Origin: a virus
Reading direction: 5' to 3' (one strand)
IMG/VR virus record: IMGVR_UViG_3300037042_004723
Coordinates: 133,280 to 197,279 of that record
Length of the DNA: 64,000 nucleotides
Part shown: positions 18,348 through 27,677 of the stretch, in pieces
Layout of the letters: every line of letters starts with the position of its first letter
Position numbering within the stretch: position 1 is the stretch's first letter
Notes under the pieces: generated by a model
What the model was told of the DNA's origin: nothing
Database searches by the model: none
The model's input: only the letters and a program-made list of their open reading frames with translations
Translations under genes and position numbers: made by a program

Positions 18348-19829
18348 ATGGAAGCGAGACAGCTAATGTTGACTGAGTCCAAGCGGTCCATCGCCGACAA
18401 GGGGTTTATCCAATCCCTTATCGGTAAGTGGGGCGAGCTGCTTGAGGGGATCGAAAATCCCTACACTCGTGGTGTCACTGCGATGCTCATGGAAAATGAG
18501 TCGCAGTGGCTTCAGAACCTGGAAGAGGAGACCAAGACGATCAACGTCGGTTCCTTTACCAAGTTCATCTTTCCGGTTCTCCGGAGGGTGTTCCCGAACC
18601 TGATTGCCAACGAGATTGTGTCGGTTCAGCCGATGACAGCCCCGATTGGCGCAGTTTTCTTCTTCGACTACAAGTACGGGTCCAACAAGGGCTCGACTCA
18701 GGCTGGCGCGGTGTTCCCGCGCGACTTCGACAGGGACTACTCTTCGGAGTTCGTCCGTGACGAGCAGCTTGCGGTTGGTGACGGCGCCTCCTTTGGCGGT
18801 GTTGGTGCGGCGCTTGCGGCGGTCATGTCGTGGACCCCGGTTCGCCCGTTGAACGCAGCCCTGGGCTTCTCGGTCCAGATCATCGAAGTCAATGCGGCCA
18901 CTGGCACGGTCATTCAGACCGGTACGGACAACGGCACTGGTGGCTTCACCGGCGCGGTTACCGCTGGCGCCATCAACTACGGCTCGGGCGCGGTTACCGC
19001 GTTTAAGTTCACGGTTGCTCCGCTGATCACCAGCAAGATCGTCGCTCGTTACTTCTATGACGGCGAGCTGAACACCAAGATTCCCCAGGTCAACCTGGAC
19101 ATCACCAAGCAGCCCATCGAAGCGATTCCGCGTCGCCTCAAGGCTCTTTGGTCGTCTGAGGCGGCCGAGGATCTCCGTGCATTCCACGGCCTCGATGCGG
19201 AGACCGAGCTGGTTTCCGGTATCGCTCAGGAGATCGCTCTTGAGATCGACCGTGAGATCATCAACGACCTGTTCGTGACCTCGGCGTCGGGTCGTACTGA
19301 CACCTTCTCGCTTACGCCGCCCGCCGGCATCAGCGAGATCGACCACCTTCGGTCGATGATCACGAAGATCAGCTCGATCTCGAACTTCATCCACAAGGAC
19401 ACTCTCCGGGCTCCGGCGAACTTCCTTGTGACGTCGCCCGAGATCTCGGCTCGTCTGTCGCAGCTGACCACGCACGGCGACTTCCGGCCCCTTTGGGTGT
19501 CGGGTGGCGCGAGCCCGTACGGCCCGGCTGATATGCCGCGCCCGCTGACTCAGCATGGCCAGTTCGGTATCTACAAGGTCGGCACCCTGATGAACAAGTG
19601 GGTCGTCTATGAGGATCCCTTCTTCGACAGCGACAAGATGCTCATCGGCCTCAAGGGCGCGAGCTTCCTGGATGCCGGCTACGTGTGGGCGCCGTACATC
19701 CCGCTGCAGGTCACCCCGACGTTCCTCGATCCGGCTGACTTCTCGTTCCGTAAGGGCCTGAGGACCCGCTACGGAAAGAAGGTCCTTAGATCCGAATATT
19801 ACGGTAGGATCACCTTCACTGGCCTGTAA
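18348..19829 (+). CDS. Major capsid protein (T4 gp23-like) with an inserted beta-domain
   Basis: LRRVFPNLIANEIVSVQPMTAPIGAVF, RRLKALWSSEAAEDL, LEIDREII, YVWAPYIPL, GLRTRYG; strong RBS. Confidence 0.96.
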   Translation: MEARQLMLTESKRSIADKGFIQSLIGKWGELLEGIENPYTRGVTAMLMENESQWLQNLEEETKTINVGSFTKFIFPVLRRVFPNLIANEIVSVQPMTAPIGAVFFFDYKYGSNKGSTQAGAVFPRDFDRDYSSEFVRDEQLAVGDGASFGGVGAALAAVMSWTPVRPLNAALGFSVQIIEVNAATGTVIQTGTDNGTGGFTGAVTAGAINYGSGAVTAFKFTVAPLITSKIVARYFYDGELNTKIPQVNLDITKQPIEAIPRRLKALWSSEAAEDLRAFHGLDAETELVSGIAQEIALEIDREIINDLFVTSASGRTDTFSLTPPAGISEIDHLRSMITKISSISNFIHKDTLRAPANFLVTSPEISARLSQLTTHGDFRPLWVSGGASPYGPADMPRPLTQHGQFGIYKVGTLMNKWVVYEDPFFDSDKMLIGLKGASFLDAGYVWAPYIPLQVTPTFLDPADFSFRKGLRTRYGKKVLRSEYYGRITFTGL

Positions 19830-19854
19830 TAGGTCAATAAAGTGAAGTAGATAC

Positions 19855-19888
19855 GAGGCTCCGAGCGAAAGCTCGGAGCCTCTTTTTT
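19855..19888 (+). terminator. Rho-independent terminator after the capsid gene
   Basis: Perfect 12-bp stem GAGGCTCCGAGC-GAAA-GCTCGGAGCCTC followed by T6. Confidence 0.92.
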
Positions 19889-19927
19889 ATCTTGATTGTC
19901 TAGATCTATAGTAAGATACTATGGCTC

Positions 19928-20788
19928 ATGACCAAGGATGTTAAGTTTGATCTTCTGGATGGATGGTCACAGGAGAAGGCTTGGTGGTTGGGAGCTACTT
20001 ACGGTGACGGCAATATCTATGGACGAAGCGACAAAGGGGCATACCGGGTTTCCATTGTTTGCAATCTCAGCACAGTTCAGCAATGGACGGCCCTGATCTG
20101 CCCAGACGCCGGTATTGAGCAGAGGACGCCAAATGCCTGGGAGGGTTATATCTACTCAAAGCGCCTGGTTGAGTGGTTTGCTGCCCGTGATCTGGTAGGC
20201 AAGAAATCGCATCGACTGGTGTGGCCAGAAGATCTTCCGGCTCAGTTCTATCCAGACTTCTTGCGTGGCCTTTGGGACACAGACGGAAGCGTCAAGATCG
20301 AGAAGCGGCGCCTTAAGCAAGGCAACGACACTCTGCGAGCCATGTTTTGCGCTCAGAACGAGAGCTTCGCGCAGCGAGTTCAGGATGAGGTTGTTGCTGG
20401 GTCGAAGGTCCAGCCTGGGAAGTTGATTCGTCAGGAGAAGATCTTGTCCGGCAAGTCCCATAGCTGGAGCACCTTCAAGCATACCGGCGCCCCAGCCGTC
20501 CTGGTCTGCGACTACCTCTACGGCGATGCGCCGGCTCACATCCGTGGCGAGAGCCGGTATCAGGTCTATCGGGACTACGTTGATTCGCGTCCAGAAGGCT
20601 CATGCCGATGTGGTGGCGAGGCCTGGACTGAGGCAATGTGTCGCACCTGTTGGTGGACCAAGCGTCGGGTCGACACTCCTAAGAAGATTTGCCAATGCGG
20701 GCGCGATGTTGTCGCTAAGGGCATGTGCCTGAACTGCTATAAGCGAGCGGCGCGCAAGCATGATAGTGTCATCACGTCTGGTTCTTGA
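19928..20788 (+). CDS. Free-standing LAGLIDADG homing endonuclease with Cys-rich tail
   Basis: WWLGATYGDG and FLRGLWDTDG helices; C-terminal CxC...CxxC repeats. Confidence 0.85.
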   Translation: MTKDVKFDLLDGWSQEKAWWLGATYGDGNIYGRSDKGAYRVSIVCNLSTVQQWTALICPDAGIEQRTPNAWEGYIYSKRLVEWFAARDLVGKKSHRLVWPEDLPAQFYPDFLRGLWDTDGSVKIEKRRLKQGNDTLRAMFCAQNESFAQRVQDEVVAGSKVQPGKLIRQEKILSGKSHSWSTFKHTGAPAVLVCDYLYGDAPAHIRGESRYQVYRDYVDSRPEGSCRCGGEAWTEAMCRTCWWTKRRVDTPKKICQCGRDVVAKGMCLNCYKRAARKHDSVITSGS

Positions 20789-20852
20789 TACCAAGGATAT
20801 GCTGAACGCTTTCCTTTGGATAATTTGCAATGTCAAACAGTTACCCAAGGAG

Positions 20853-21128
20853 ATGATGATGTCCGCTTCCCCTGATGCGCTTGCTGAGATTCAGATGTTT
20901 GGCCTGGACGACAGCGAGCACGTGGGTCCGAGTGCCCCAGCTAAGCGAAACGGCATCAATAGTGAGCAGGATGACATCGAAAACGACCGTCGGGCGATTC
21001 TTGAGATCTCCAGGATGGCTGATCGAATGAGTTCTCTGCTACAAGAGACTCGCAACATAAATGTGGAGACAGACGAACGTCTTCGCAGACTTGAAGCGGA
21101 TCTCAGTCTAATCGCCTCGGAGAAATGA
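20853..21128 (+). CDS. Hypothetical coiled-coil protein
   Basis: AAGGAG RBS before ATG 20853. Confidence 0.55.
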   Translation: MMMSASPDALAEIQMFGLDDSEHVGPSAPAKRNGINSEQDDIENDRRAILEISRMADRMSSLLQETRNINVETDERLRRLEADLSLIASEK

Positions 21129-21460
21129 TCATGGCTAAGTATCAGAAGGTAGAGAACTGCGGTCCCGTCCCGTATCCAGATCAGTCTGGCAAGCTTCTCG
21201 TTGCAGGGGAGACTGCCGAGGGCGACGAGTGGGAGCCTCTGGTTGCTCTTGGATTCGTAGTCAAGGTTGCCGAGGTCGCTGCGGCGCCGGTCAAGGTTGC
21301 TCCACCCAAGGAGGAACCGAAGGCTGCTATCCTCAAAGAAGAGCCTGAGGGGGTAATCGATGTCGTGCCGACTAATGACGGAACCACAGCTGAAGGCGTG
21401 GCAGAGAAGGCTGAGCCGGCATTCAATAGGGAACGCGGATCAGGCAGAAAAAACAAGTAA
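21125..21460 (+). CDS. Hypothetical protein
   Basis: ATGA overlap with the previous gene; low-complexity C-terminus. Confidence 0.6.
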   Translation: MIMAKYQKVENCGPVPYPDQSGKLLVAGETAEGDEWEPLVALGFVVKVAEVAAAPVKVAPPKEEPKAAILKEEPEGVIDVVPTNDGTTAEGVAEKAEPAFNRERGSGRKNK

Positions 21461-21511
21461 GATCATCGGGTCAGGCCGACGATCTTACGTTGATGCCTGC
21501 AATGATCATCG

Positions 21512-22474
21512 TTGACACCGACGGATTGTCCGAGGTCGAGCGGCATCGTGGCGCAGCCTAAAGCAAGAGAACAATGGGCCCCTGACTGCGGGCGCTCTCC
21601 TGACATCGCTCTTCGCGATTGCAGCGAGTGTCTCAAGGCTCGCCCATCGTCTGAATTCAAGCGCAAAAGTGCCAAGTGTCGAGATTGTCGTAATGCGTAT
21701 AAGCGAAAGCATTACAAAAAACACGCTGCCAAGCACAGCGATCAGGTTAAGCAGTACAGAAAAGACAACCCAGACAAGGTTCAGTCTGTTCGCATTGCAT
21801 ACAAGGAAGCCAAAAACAGGCTAGCTCGCGAGAAATACAGAAAGACCACCGAGCTTCTCAATGGCATAAAGAGTTCTCCATGCGCAGACTGCGGAGGTGA
21901 GTTCCCTCCGGAATGCATGGACTTTGATCACGTTAATGGGATCAAGATCGACTGCGTGGGCAGCCTAAAGCTCAATCCCGGCAAGATGTTAGAGGAGATA
22001 TCTAAAACCGAGCTTGTATGTGCATGCTGCCATAGGATTCGAACCAAAAGCAGGCGGCCGGAGAAGCCTTTGCTGGCTGTTGCTCAATCTGATTCGAAGC
22101 CGCAAGATCCTGATGACGATGACAAAAGTAAGGCCTGGTTTCGGGATTACTACATACGGAACAAGGATCGGCTGCTCAAGCTCGGCAGAGATCGCCGGAT
22201 GGCGAACAAAGCTTTTATAGATGAAAAAAAGGCGTCGCCTTGTGCCGATTGCGGCAAGACGTTCCCTCCCGTGTGCATGGATTTTGATCACGTTAGAGGA
22301 GAAAAGATTAATGATATAAGTCAGATGACGTCCAATAGAATCGATCTAATCAGAGAAGAGATCGATAAAACGGAAGTTGTCTGCGCCTGCTGTCACAGGA
22401 CAAGGACATCCAAAAGAGGCTACAACGCCGTAGGCTTACAGGAAGTGGTGGCCAGTGCCGAAGTTAATGAATGA
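21512..22474 (+). CDS. HNH endonuclease with two tandem HNH modules
   Basis: Twice CADCG...CMDFDHV.G.K...EI.K.E.VCACCHR.RT. Confidence 0.85.
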   Translation: MTPTDCPRSSGIVAQPKAREQWAPDCGRSPDIALRDCSECLKARPSSEFKRKSAKCRDCRNAYKRKHYKKHAAKHSDQVKQYRKDNPDKVQSVRIAYKEAKNRLAREKYRKTTELLNGIKSSPCADCGGEFPPECMDFDHVNGIKIDCVGSLKLNPGKMLEEISKTELVCACCHRIRTKSRRPEKPLLAVAQSDSKPQDPDDDDKSKAWFRDYYIRNKDRLLKLGRDRRMANKAFIDEKKASPCADCGKTFPPVCMDFDHVRGEKINDISQMTSNRIDLIREEIDKTEVVCACCHRTRTSKRGYNAVGLQEVVASAEVNE

Positions 22475-23186
22475 AAGCGAGCTTCGTCATTGGATCCTCC
22501 GAAGATTGGGGAGTCCAGTGACGAAGGTCTGTCTGGACGCACTGCAACTAGACGACGCCGTTGAAGAGGCGATTCGCTGGTTCGCAGCGAAGAAGGGCGT
22601 AGACAAGGACGTCACCATTGACTTGTTTGCCGGGCAGGTGGAGTACCGCATGCCCGACGATTGCGACATGGTCTTGGATGTCGCGTTCCAGGTGAGTCCG
22701 CTTGATATCTCTCTGATTTTTGCGCCTTACAACGTCGCGCAAGACTCAAAGGTACCGTACAGCGCCTTTACGGCTGGAGCTTCAGGTGGGCTCTATAGTT
22801 CGCTTTTGCAGTCTCTGCAGTACGTGGAGATGGCCAAGAGGATGATCAATGCCGAGAGGAACTGGATCTATTTTCAACACAAGAACATTCTCCTGCTGTT
22901 GCCTGATCCAAAGGGCGGCGGCAAGGTGTTCATCGAGTACAAGAGCTGCGAGAGCACGCTGGAGCAGCTCCCTGAGAGAGATCACCAGCTGGTTCGTCGC
23001 TATGCCTTGGCGTGGGCCAAGCAGGACCTTGGGATGATCTACTCGAAGTACAGCACCTGGCCGACTGCACAGGGCAACGTGTCGCTCAACGGCGATCAGC
23101 TCATGTCTCAGGCGAAGGCCGAGATGGACAAGCTGGAGGATGAGATCTACGAGAGCGCCAAGCCGATGGCGTTCTTTACCCAGTGA
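22455..23186 (+). CDS. Neck protein (T4 gp13-like)
   Basis: ELRHWILRRLGSPVTKVCLDALQLDDAVEEAIRWF; C-terminal GNVSLNGDQL. Confidence 0.85.
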   Translation: MPKLMNESELRHWILRRLGSPVTKVCLDALQLDDAVEEAIRWFAAKKGVDKDVTIDLFAGQVEYRMPDDCDMVLDVAFQVSPLDISLIFAPYNVAQDSKVPYSAFTAGASGGLYSSLLQSLQYVEMAKRMINAERNWIYFQHKNILLLLPDPKGGGKVFIEYKSCESTLEQLPERDHQLVRRYALAWAKQDLGMIYSKYSTWPTAQGNVSLNGDQLMSQAKAEMDKLEDEIYESAKPMAFFTQ

Positions 23187-23234
23187 TTCCCATGCTTGTA
23201 GCATTTCGCATAGTTGTGATATCAAGGCTTTCCC

Positions 23235-23753
23235 ATGGGTAAGGTCCTTGACGGCAGCGAGCTTGCGCTGTTTGACTGTATCAATCAGGACATGATTGAG
23301 CTGACGGGCGAGGAGATCAACTATTACTCCTACGATCAGTCAAGCATCCAGAACCGGTCGAGGGTAGATCCTCTCTACGGAGAGACGACCAGCCGAGTCT
23401 TTGGTAACGGCGCCGGCACCGGTGCCGCCAGGATTATGGCCCTGGTCAAATACCCAGAGTACGACCCAATGTCCGAGGAGTCGGGATTCTCTCGTGAATG
23501 GGACGCTACCGTCACGATCAGTCGATCAATCCTCGACGAGAAACATCTCCCATATCCCAGCGAGGCAGACGTCATTGAGATGTGGCGAACGCCGTATCAT
23601 GACGCTTGGTCGATGGGTAAGGGGCTTTACTTTGATGTTCTCAAATCGAAGCCGGATGGCTACCTGAATGATTCGCCATCATTTACGCAGTTTATACTTA
23701 CGGTCAAGAGAAGGTCTCAGTTCGGCGCCGAGCGGAGAATCACCCAGCCGTAG
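23235..23753 (+). CDS. Neck/head-completion protein (T4 gp14-like)
   Basis: INQDMIELTGEEINYY...DPLYGE...PSEADVI; follows the gp13-like gene. Confidence 0.7.
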   Translation: MGKVLDGSELALFDCINQDMIELTGEEINYYSYDQSSIQNRSRVDPLYGETTSRVFGNGAGTGAARIMALVKYPEYDPMSEESGFSREWDATVTISRSILDEKHLPYPSEADVIEMWRTPYHDAWSMGKGLYFDVLKSKPDGYLNDSPSFTQFILTVKRRSQFGAERRITQP

Positions 23754-23769
23754 TCTTCAGGAGATTATT

Positions 23770-26214
23770 ATGCCCGGACATCACACGAAAAAAGAGAAGC
23801 GCCAAGCCCGACATATCGTTGCTGGCTATGAGAGGCGTGGCGCTCCCAAGAAGAAGGCCACGAGCATTGCCTGGGCAACGGTAACCAAGCAACAGAACGA
23901 GTCTTGGATGTTCAATGGAGCCGGGCAGCCGGTGTTCATGGGCAACCAGGGCAACGTGAGCCAGTTCAACCCAGGCGGGTCGGTGTCTCCTGGTCAGAGC
24001 TACATTCCTGACGAGGTTGCCAAGATGCTCGTCAAGGAAAGCGGCCTCCGCAAGATGGATACGGTCTCCAAGAGGGTCATCGAGGGGTACCTGGAGTCCA
24101 TGCGGCTATCCAAGGGGCTGGCGGTCGATGTGGCCAAGGTGCTGCGTGACGTCTACGGGATCACGCCGACGTTCGACGAGTCGACGCTCTATGCTCGGTC
24201 CGGGGCGCTCATCGAGGAGCTGACCGGCGTGGTCAGCGAGAGCTTCCCGATGCCGTTCGCTGTCGACGACGAGCCCAAGCAGCTAACGGAGGCGGATGTC
24301 TTCGCGCTCGCTATCCAGAGCGAGTTCATGAAGTCGACCGACGAGAACTACGATCTGGTTCTCGGTCATCTGGCTGCGATGTCCCCACGGGACCTCCGCG
24401 ACGTAGCGAATTTCTATGAATGGGTCGGGCCCGAGGTTTTCGATTACATCGAGTCGATTGCCGTCAGTGGTCCAGATGGGGCTGCCGAGTACATTGTTGA
24501 GGGATTGTGCTGGCCTCATCGCGTTCAGTTCATGCCTGAGCACATCCAGGCATTGTTCGATGCGGAGATGGTTGAGGACAATGCTGAGGCCATTCGCAAT
24601 AAGGCGATAGCCACGATGCATGGCATTACGCCTGAGAAGCATGATGCCTTTAAGGTGAAGGCTGCTCCAAGTCCGGAGCATAAGGCGTTTGGGGCGAAGG
24701 TTAAGGCTGATTGGGCCAAGGGCGATCAGCAGGCCAAGCAGAAGGCCGGTAGGGCCGATAAGGAGCTTGGCAAGGACCTTCGCGGCGCCCAGAAAAGGGC
24801 GAAGGCGGCGGCAGATGCACCGACAGCAAATGTGCGGAGGCGGATGGCAGACCGCTGGCAAGATAAGACAGCGCCGGACAAGCTGACGCCACATCAGAAG
24901 ATCGCGGCGCTTAGGAAATCACGCGGAGACAGCGAAAAGGCCGCCGAGAGTCCTAGCCGCACGGCCGCCGAGAGTCCTAGCCGCATGAAGCGGGCCGGCG
25001 GCAAGGCCGTTGAGCTGATGAAGAAGGTTGGTGGCGGTCTCGTTACGACTGCCGCGCACGTCGCTCATCATGCCATGGACATCGCTGGCGCAGGAGCTTT
25101 TGGCTTCAAGAAGGGATACAACCGTTTCAACAAGGATGTTGATGCGAAGGTTGCCAATATCCACGCCCATGGATCAACCAAAGATCCGGAGCCTGGGTCC
25201 GAGGGCTATGCCGAGAAGCAAAGGCAGGCTAAGGCCAGGGAAGCCTCCGCCGGAGAGCGCAAGCCTGGACTGATCAGTCGAGCCCTTAGTCACGTCGGGA
25301 AATTTATCTCGAACAGATACAAGGAAGCTCAGCAAAGGATCAAAGATTCCACGCCAGGCCATCAGGCGTCCAAGGCTAACGCAGGTGAGCCTGCCCCCAT
25401 CAAGGGACCCGATGATCCGCCTGCGAAGCAGCGGGTCGCCAATTCTGGGGTTGGCGCCAGCGAGTCGGTGCTCAGGAGCGGTTCACTTCTGAATGAGGTG
25501 GAGGCCGCTTTCATGGGGGTTCAGCCGGAAGAAGATCCGGAAGACCCTGAGCTAACTCCAGCCGACGTCGTCAATGAACTCGATGCCACGACCATCGTCG
25601 ATATGGCTGCACTTGAGGCCATTGGCGAGATGGACTGGAACGGCGTCGCCGGGATCGCCGGATTCATGATGCTCGAACCGGAGAGGTTCCTGGGGCTTAT
25701 CCAGTCCTTCAAGGAGAGCACCAGCGCATTCAGGGCCGAGTGGAGCGGCCTCGTGGAGAGTGGCAGCAAGCCGAGATGGATGAACGTCGGTTCCTTTGTT
25801 GCGCTGGCCAACCTATCCGTGGATGAGGGCGTCATTCCGCGACTGGTGTATTGGGCTGCCAGGACGCTTCAGGGCGCCGACGAGAGAGTCTCGTCTTACG
25901 TGTCCGAGGCATACCCGGAGCTTGGGAAGACGGTCTACGGACCGGCAGGAGACCCCAAAGAGGGTCCTCGGATGGCCAAGTCGTTCATGACGCCTCATCC
26001 GGCCGGGACGATGAAGCCAACGGATGGCGATTGCACGACCAGAATGTTCTCTGACCCGGATGATCGGGAAAAGGAGCGCAAGTCTAAGCTGGCTGACGTC
26101 ATGACCGCCCTGGATGGCATGCGTAAGCAGGCTGCTGCTGCCGGAGTCCCGCCCGAGGGCATGTTTCTGAATCTGTATACATCCCTTCATACACAGAAGA
26201 TCAGATACAGCTGA
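23770..26214 (+). CDS. Large hypothetical protein, candidate internal head protein
   Basis: ATG 23770 with RBS AGGAG; basic ChaB-like N-terminal motif (RQARHI...IAWATVTKQ); alternating acidic and basic blocks. Confidence 0.6.
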   Translation: MPGHHTKKEKRQARHIVAGYERRGAPKKKATSIAWATVTKQQNESWMFNGAGQPVFMGNQGNVSQFNPGGSVSPGQSYIPDEVAKMLVKESGLRKMDTVSKRVIEGYLESMRLSKGLAVDVAKVLRDVYGITPTFDESTLYARSGALIEELTGVVSESFPMPFAVDDEPKQLTEADVFALAIQSEFMKSTDENYDLVLGHLAAMSPRDLRDVANFYEWVGPEVFDYIESIAVSGPDGAAEYIVEGLCWPHRVQFMPEHIQALFDAEMVEDNAEAIRNKAIATMHGITPEKHDAFKVKAAPSPEHKAFGAKVKADWAKGDQQAKQKAGRADKELGKDLRGAQKRAKAAADAPTANVRRRMADRWQDKTAPDKLTPHQKIAALRKSRGDSEKAAESPSRTAAESPSRMKRAGGKAVELMKKVGGGLVTTAAHVAHHAMDIAGAGAFGFKKGYNRFNKDVDAKVANIHAHGSTKDPEPGSEGYAEKQRQAKAREASAGERKPGLISRALSHVGKFISNRYKEAQQRIKDSTPGHQASKANAGEPAPIKGPDDPPAKQRVANSGVGASESVLRSGSLLNEVEAAFMGVQPEEDPEDPELTPADVVNELDATTIVDMAALEAIGEMDWNGVAGIAGFMMLEPERFLGLIQSFKESTSAFRAEWSGLVESGSKPRWMNVGSFVALANLSVDEGVIPRLVYWAARTLQGADERVSSYVSEAYPELGKTVYGPAGDPKEGPRMAKSFMTPHPAGTMKPTDGDCTTRMFSDPDDREKERKSKLADVMTALDGMRKQAAAAGVPPEGMFLNLYTSLHTQKIRYS
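24939..24985 (+). repeat. 24-nt tandem duplication (AAESPSR x2)
   Basis: GGCCGCCGAGAGTCCTAGCCGCA at 24939 and 24963. Confidence 0.9.
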
Positions 26215-26411
26215 TGCCCTACGCAGATCCTGAAAAACAAAAAGCGCACAACAAGGCGTATCAGGAAATAAATCGTAAGAAAATCAGCGATCACAAAGTC
26301 GGCTTAATTCGTGGACTTCTGTGTGACAAGTGCAATCTAGGGCTTGGCATGTTCATGGATGATTCAAATTCTATTCATCGGGCTTTGTTGTATATAAGAG
26401 AGCACAGCTAA
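26214..26411 (+). pseudogene. Internally deleted Endonuclease VII-like (HNH) remnant
   Basis: Retains DH..GLIRGLLCDKCNLGLGMFMDD...RALLY but lacks the first CxxC; AT-rich relative to its flanks. Confidence 0.65.
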
Positions 26412-26842
26412 TGCCGATGGATGCAGTCAAGATAGCTGCCGCTGTGTCTGGCGGGCTCTCGATCGTTTGCGCCACTTGTGAAAAGTACTGGGAGGCCAGG
26501 GACAGGAATGTTCCTGACGATCTGTGCTTGGCCGTTGACGGCTGTGGATCGCCGATAGCTGGCGATGTGTTTCACGAATATCGTGGGCCCATGACGCAGT
26601 TCGATAGCTTTTGCTTCGTCTGCGGAAACAGGGCGACGCACGCGGTCAGGGTAGATGGCAATGTTCGTGTGATTGGCGTTTGCGCTGGGCACATGGAGTT
26701 GGTCAAGACGTTGAAGCCGGAGGGCAAGCGTGCTCCCAATGTTGTTGTCATTTCGAAAGATGGCGAGAAACGGATTTCCGAAGATGACGCACCCGAGAAG
26801 CGCACCCCACTGATTAAATTCAGGGGGTCCTCCAGTGGGTAA
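26411..26842 (+). CDS. Cys-rich (putative Zn-binding) hypothetical protein
   Basis: CATC, C...CG, CFVC and C..H motifs. Confidence 0.6.
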   Translation: MPMDAVKIAAAVSGGLSIVCATCEKYWEARDRNVPDDLCLAVDGCGSPIAGDVFHEYRGPMTQFDSFCFVCGNRATHAVRVDGNVRVIGVCAGHMELVKTLKPEGKRAPNVVVISKDGEKRISEDDAPEKRTPLIKFRGSSSG

Positions 26843-27677
26843 GTTCGATCGGTTCATCGACATCCAGCAGTCGCCTGCCACCAGGAACAATTGGCGGTTG
26901 GCGATCGATGAGCTGAAGGAGCGCGGCGAGGCGCTTCCTCGGATGATTTCTTATGCGATTGCCAAGGAAGCCTTCGAGGCTCTCTTGCGCGAGATCCCAT
27001 CAAGAAATGACTACAAAGAGCTAAGGAATTCGCTGAGGTTGGTCGAGGTCGGTGGCCCCAAAAAGGGCAAGGAATCGGCCTTTGCGATTCATATCCCGAC
27101 CAAGGGTCGAAAGATCAATAAGCTCGATGTGAGCAAGACGATCATTACCATTCACGCCAAGCGTGGCATGACCGCGCCAGCTGGCGATGTCCTTCTTTTA
27201 GAGACGGAGGGGCCGTGGACTGCAGACACGATTCCTTTCTGGCCGGAAAACAGCGAAGCGGTCGTTACGCAACGTAAAGTTACCAAGAGTGAAACCGACA
27301 AGCTTGCCAAGGAACAGAAGAAGAAGATTCCTAAGCTGCTGCGTCAGTTCAAGGAATTTGGACGAAATATAAAGCCGTACAAGCCTGGATCCCCTGGGCG
27401 GCTGAAGCGGAATGCTAAGGCGATTCCGGACTTGGCAATGCAGGCGCTGAGCCTTGAGTTCGGCGGCAGCGGGGTAAGGTCAAAGCCCGTTTTTCGCAAG
27501 GTTTTTAGATCAATCAGCAAGTCCATCGCTGGATTGCCGGACAGGTTTTCCGAGATTGCCGATGCGATGTCTGAGCCAAATTCAAAGAAGTACAAGAACT
27601 GGCCCAAGCGGATAGATCGGATCTCATCCGGCGAGGCTGGTAAGTTCATTGGGTTCCAGAGGAGGCTCGGTTTCTAA
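26835..27677 (+). CDS. Putative tail-completion protein (HK97 gp10-like)
   Basis: LSLEFGGSGVRSKPVFRK resembles the LEFGT...ARPF motif; located next to the tail terminator. Confidence 0.4.
   Translation: MGKFDRFIDIQQSPATRNNWRLAIDELKERGEALPRMISYAIAKEAFEALLREIPSRNDYKELRNSLRLVEVGGPKKGKESAFAIHIPTKGRKINKLDVSKTIITIHAKRGMTAPAGDVLLLETEGPWTADTIPFWPENSEAVVTQRKVTKSETDKLAKEQKKKIPKLLRQFKEFGRNIKPYKPGSPGRLKRNAKAIPDLAMQALSLEFGGSGVRSKPVFRKVFRSISKSIAGLPDRFSEIADAMSEPNSKKYKNWPKRIDRISSGEAGKFIGFQRRLGF

Noticed and set aside
18363-19556. 397-aa minus-strand ORF (and similar long antisense ORFs at 3062-4087 and 29481-30227)
   Set aside because: Shadows of strongly codon-biased plus-strand genes; no motifs or RBS
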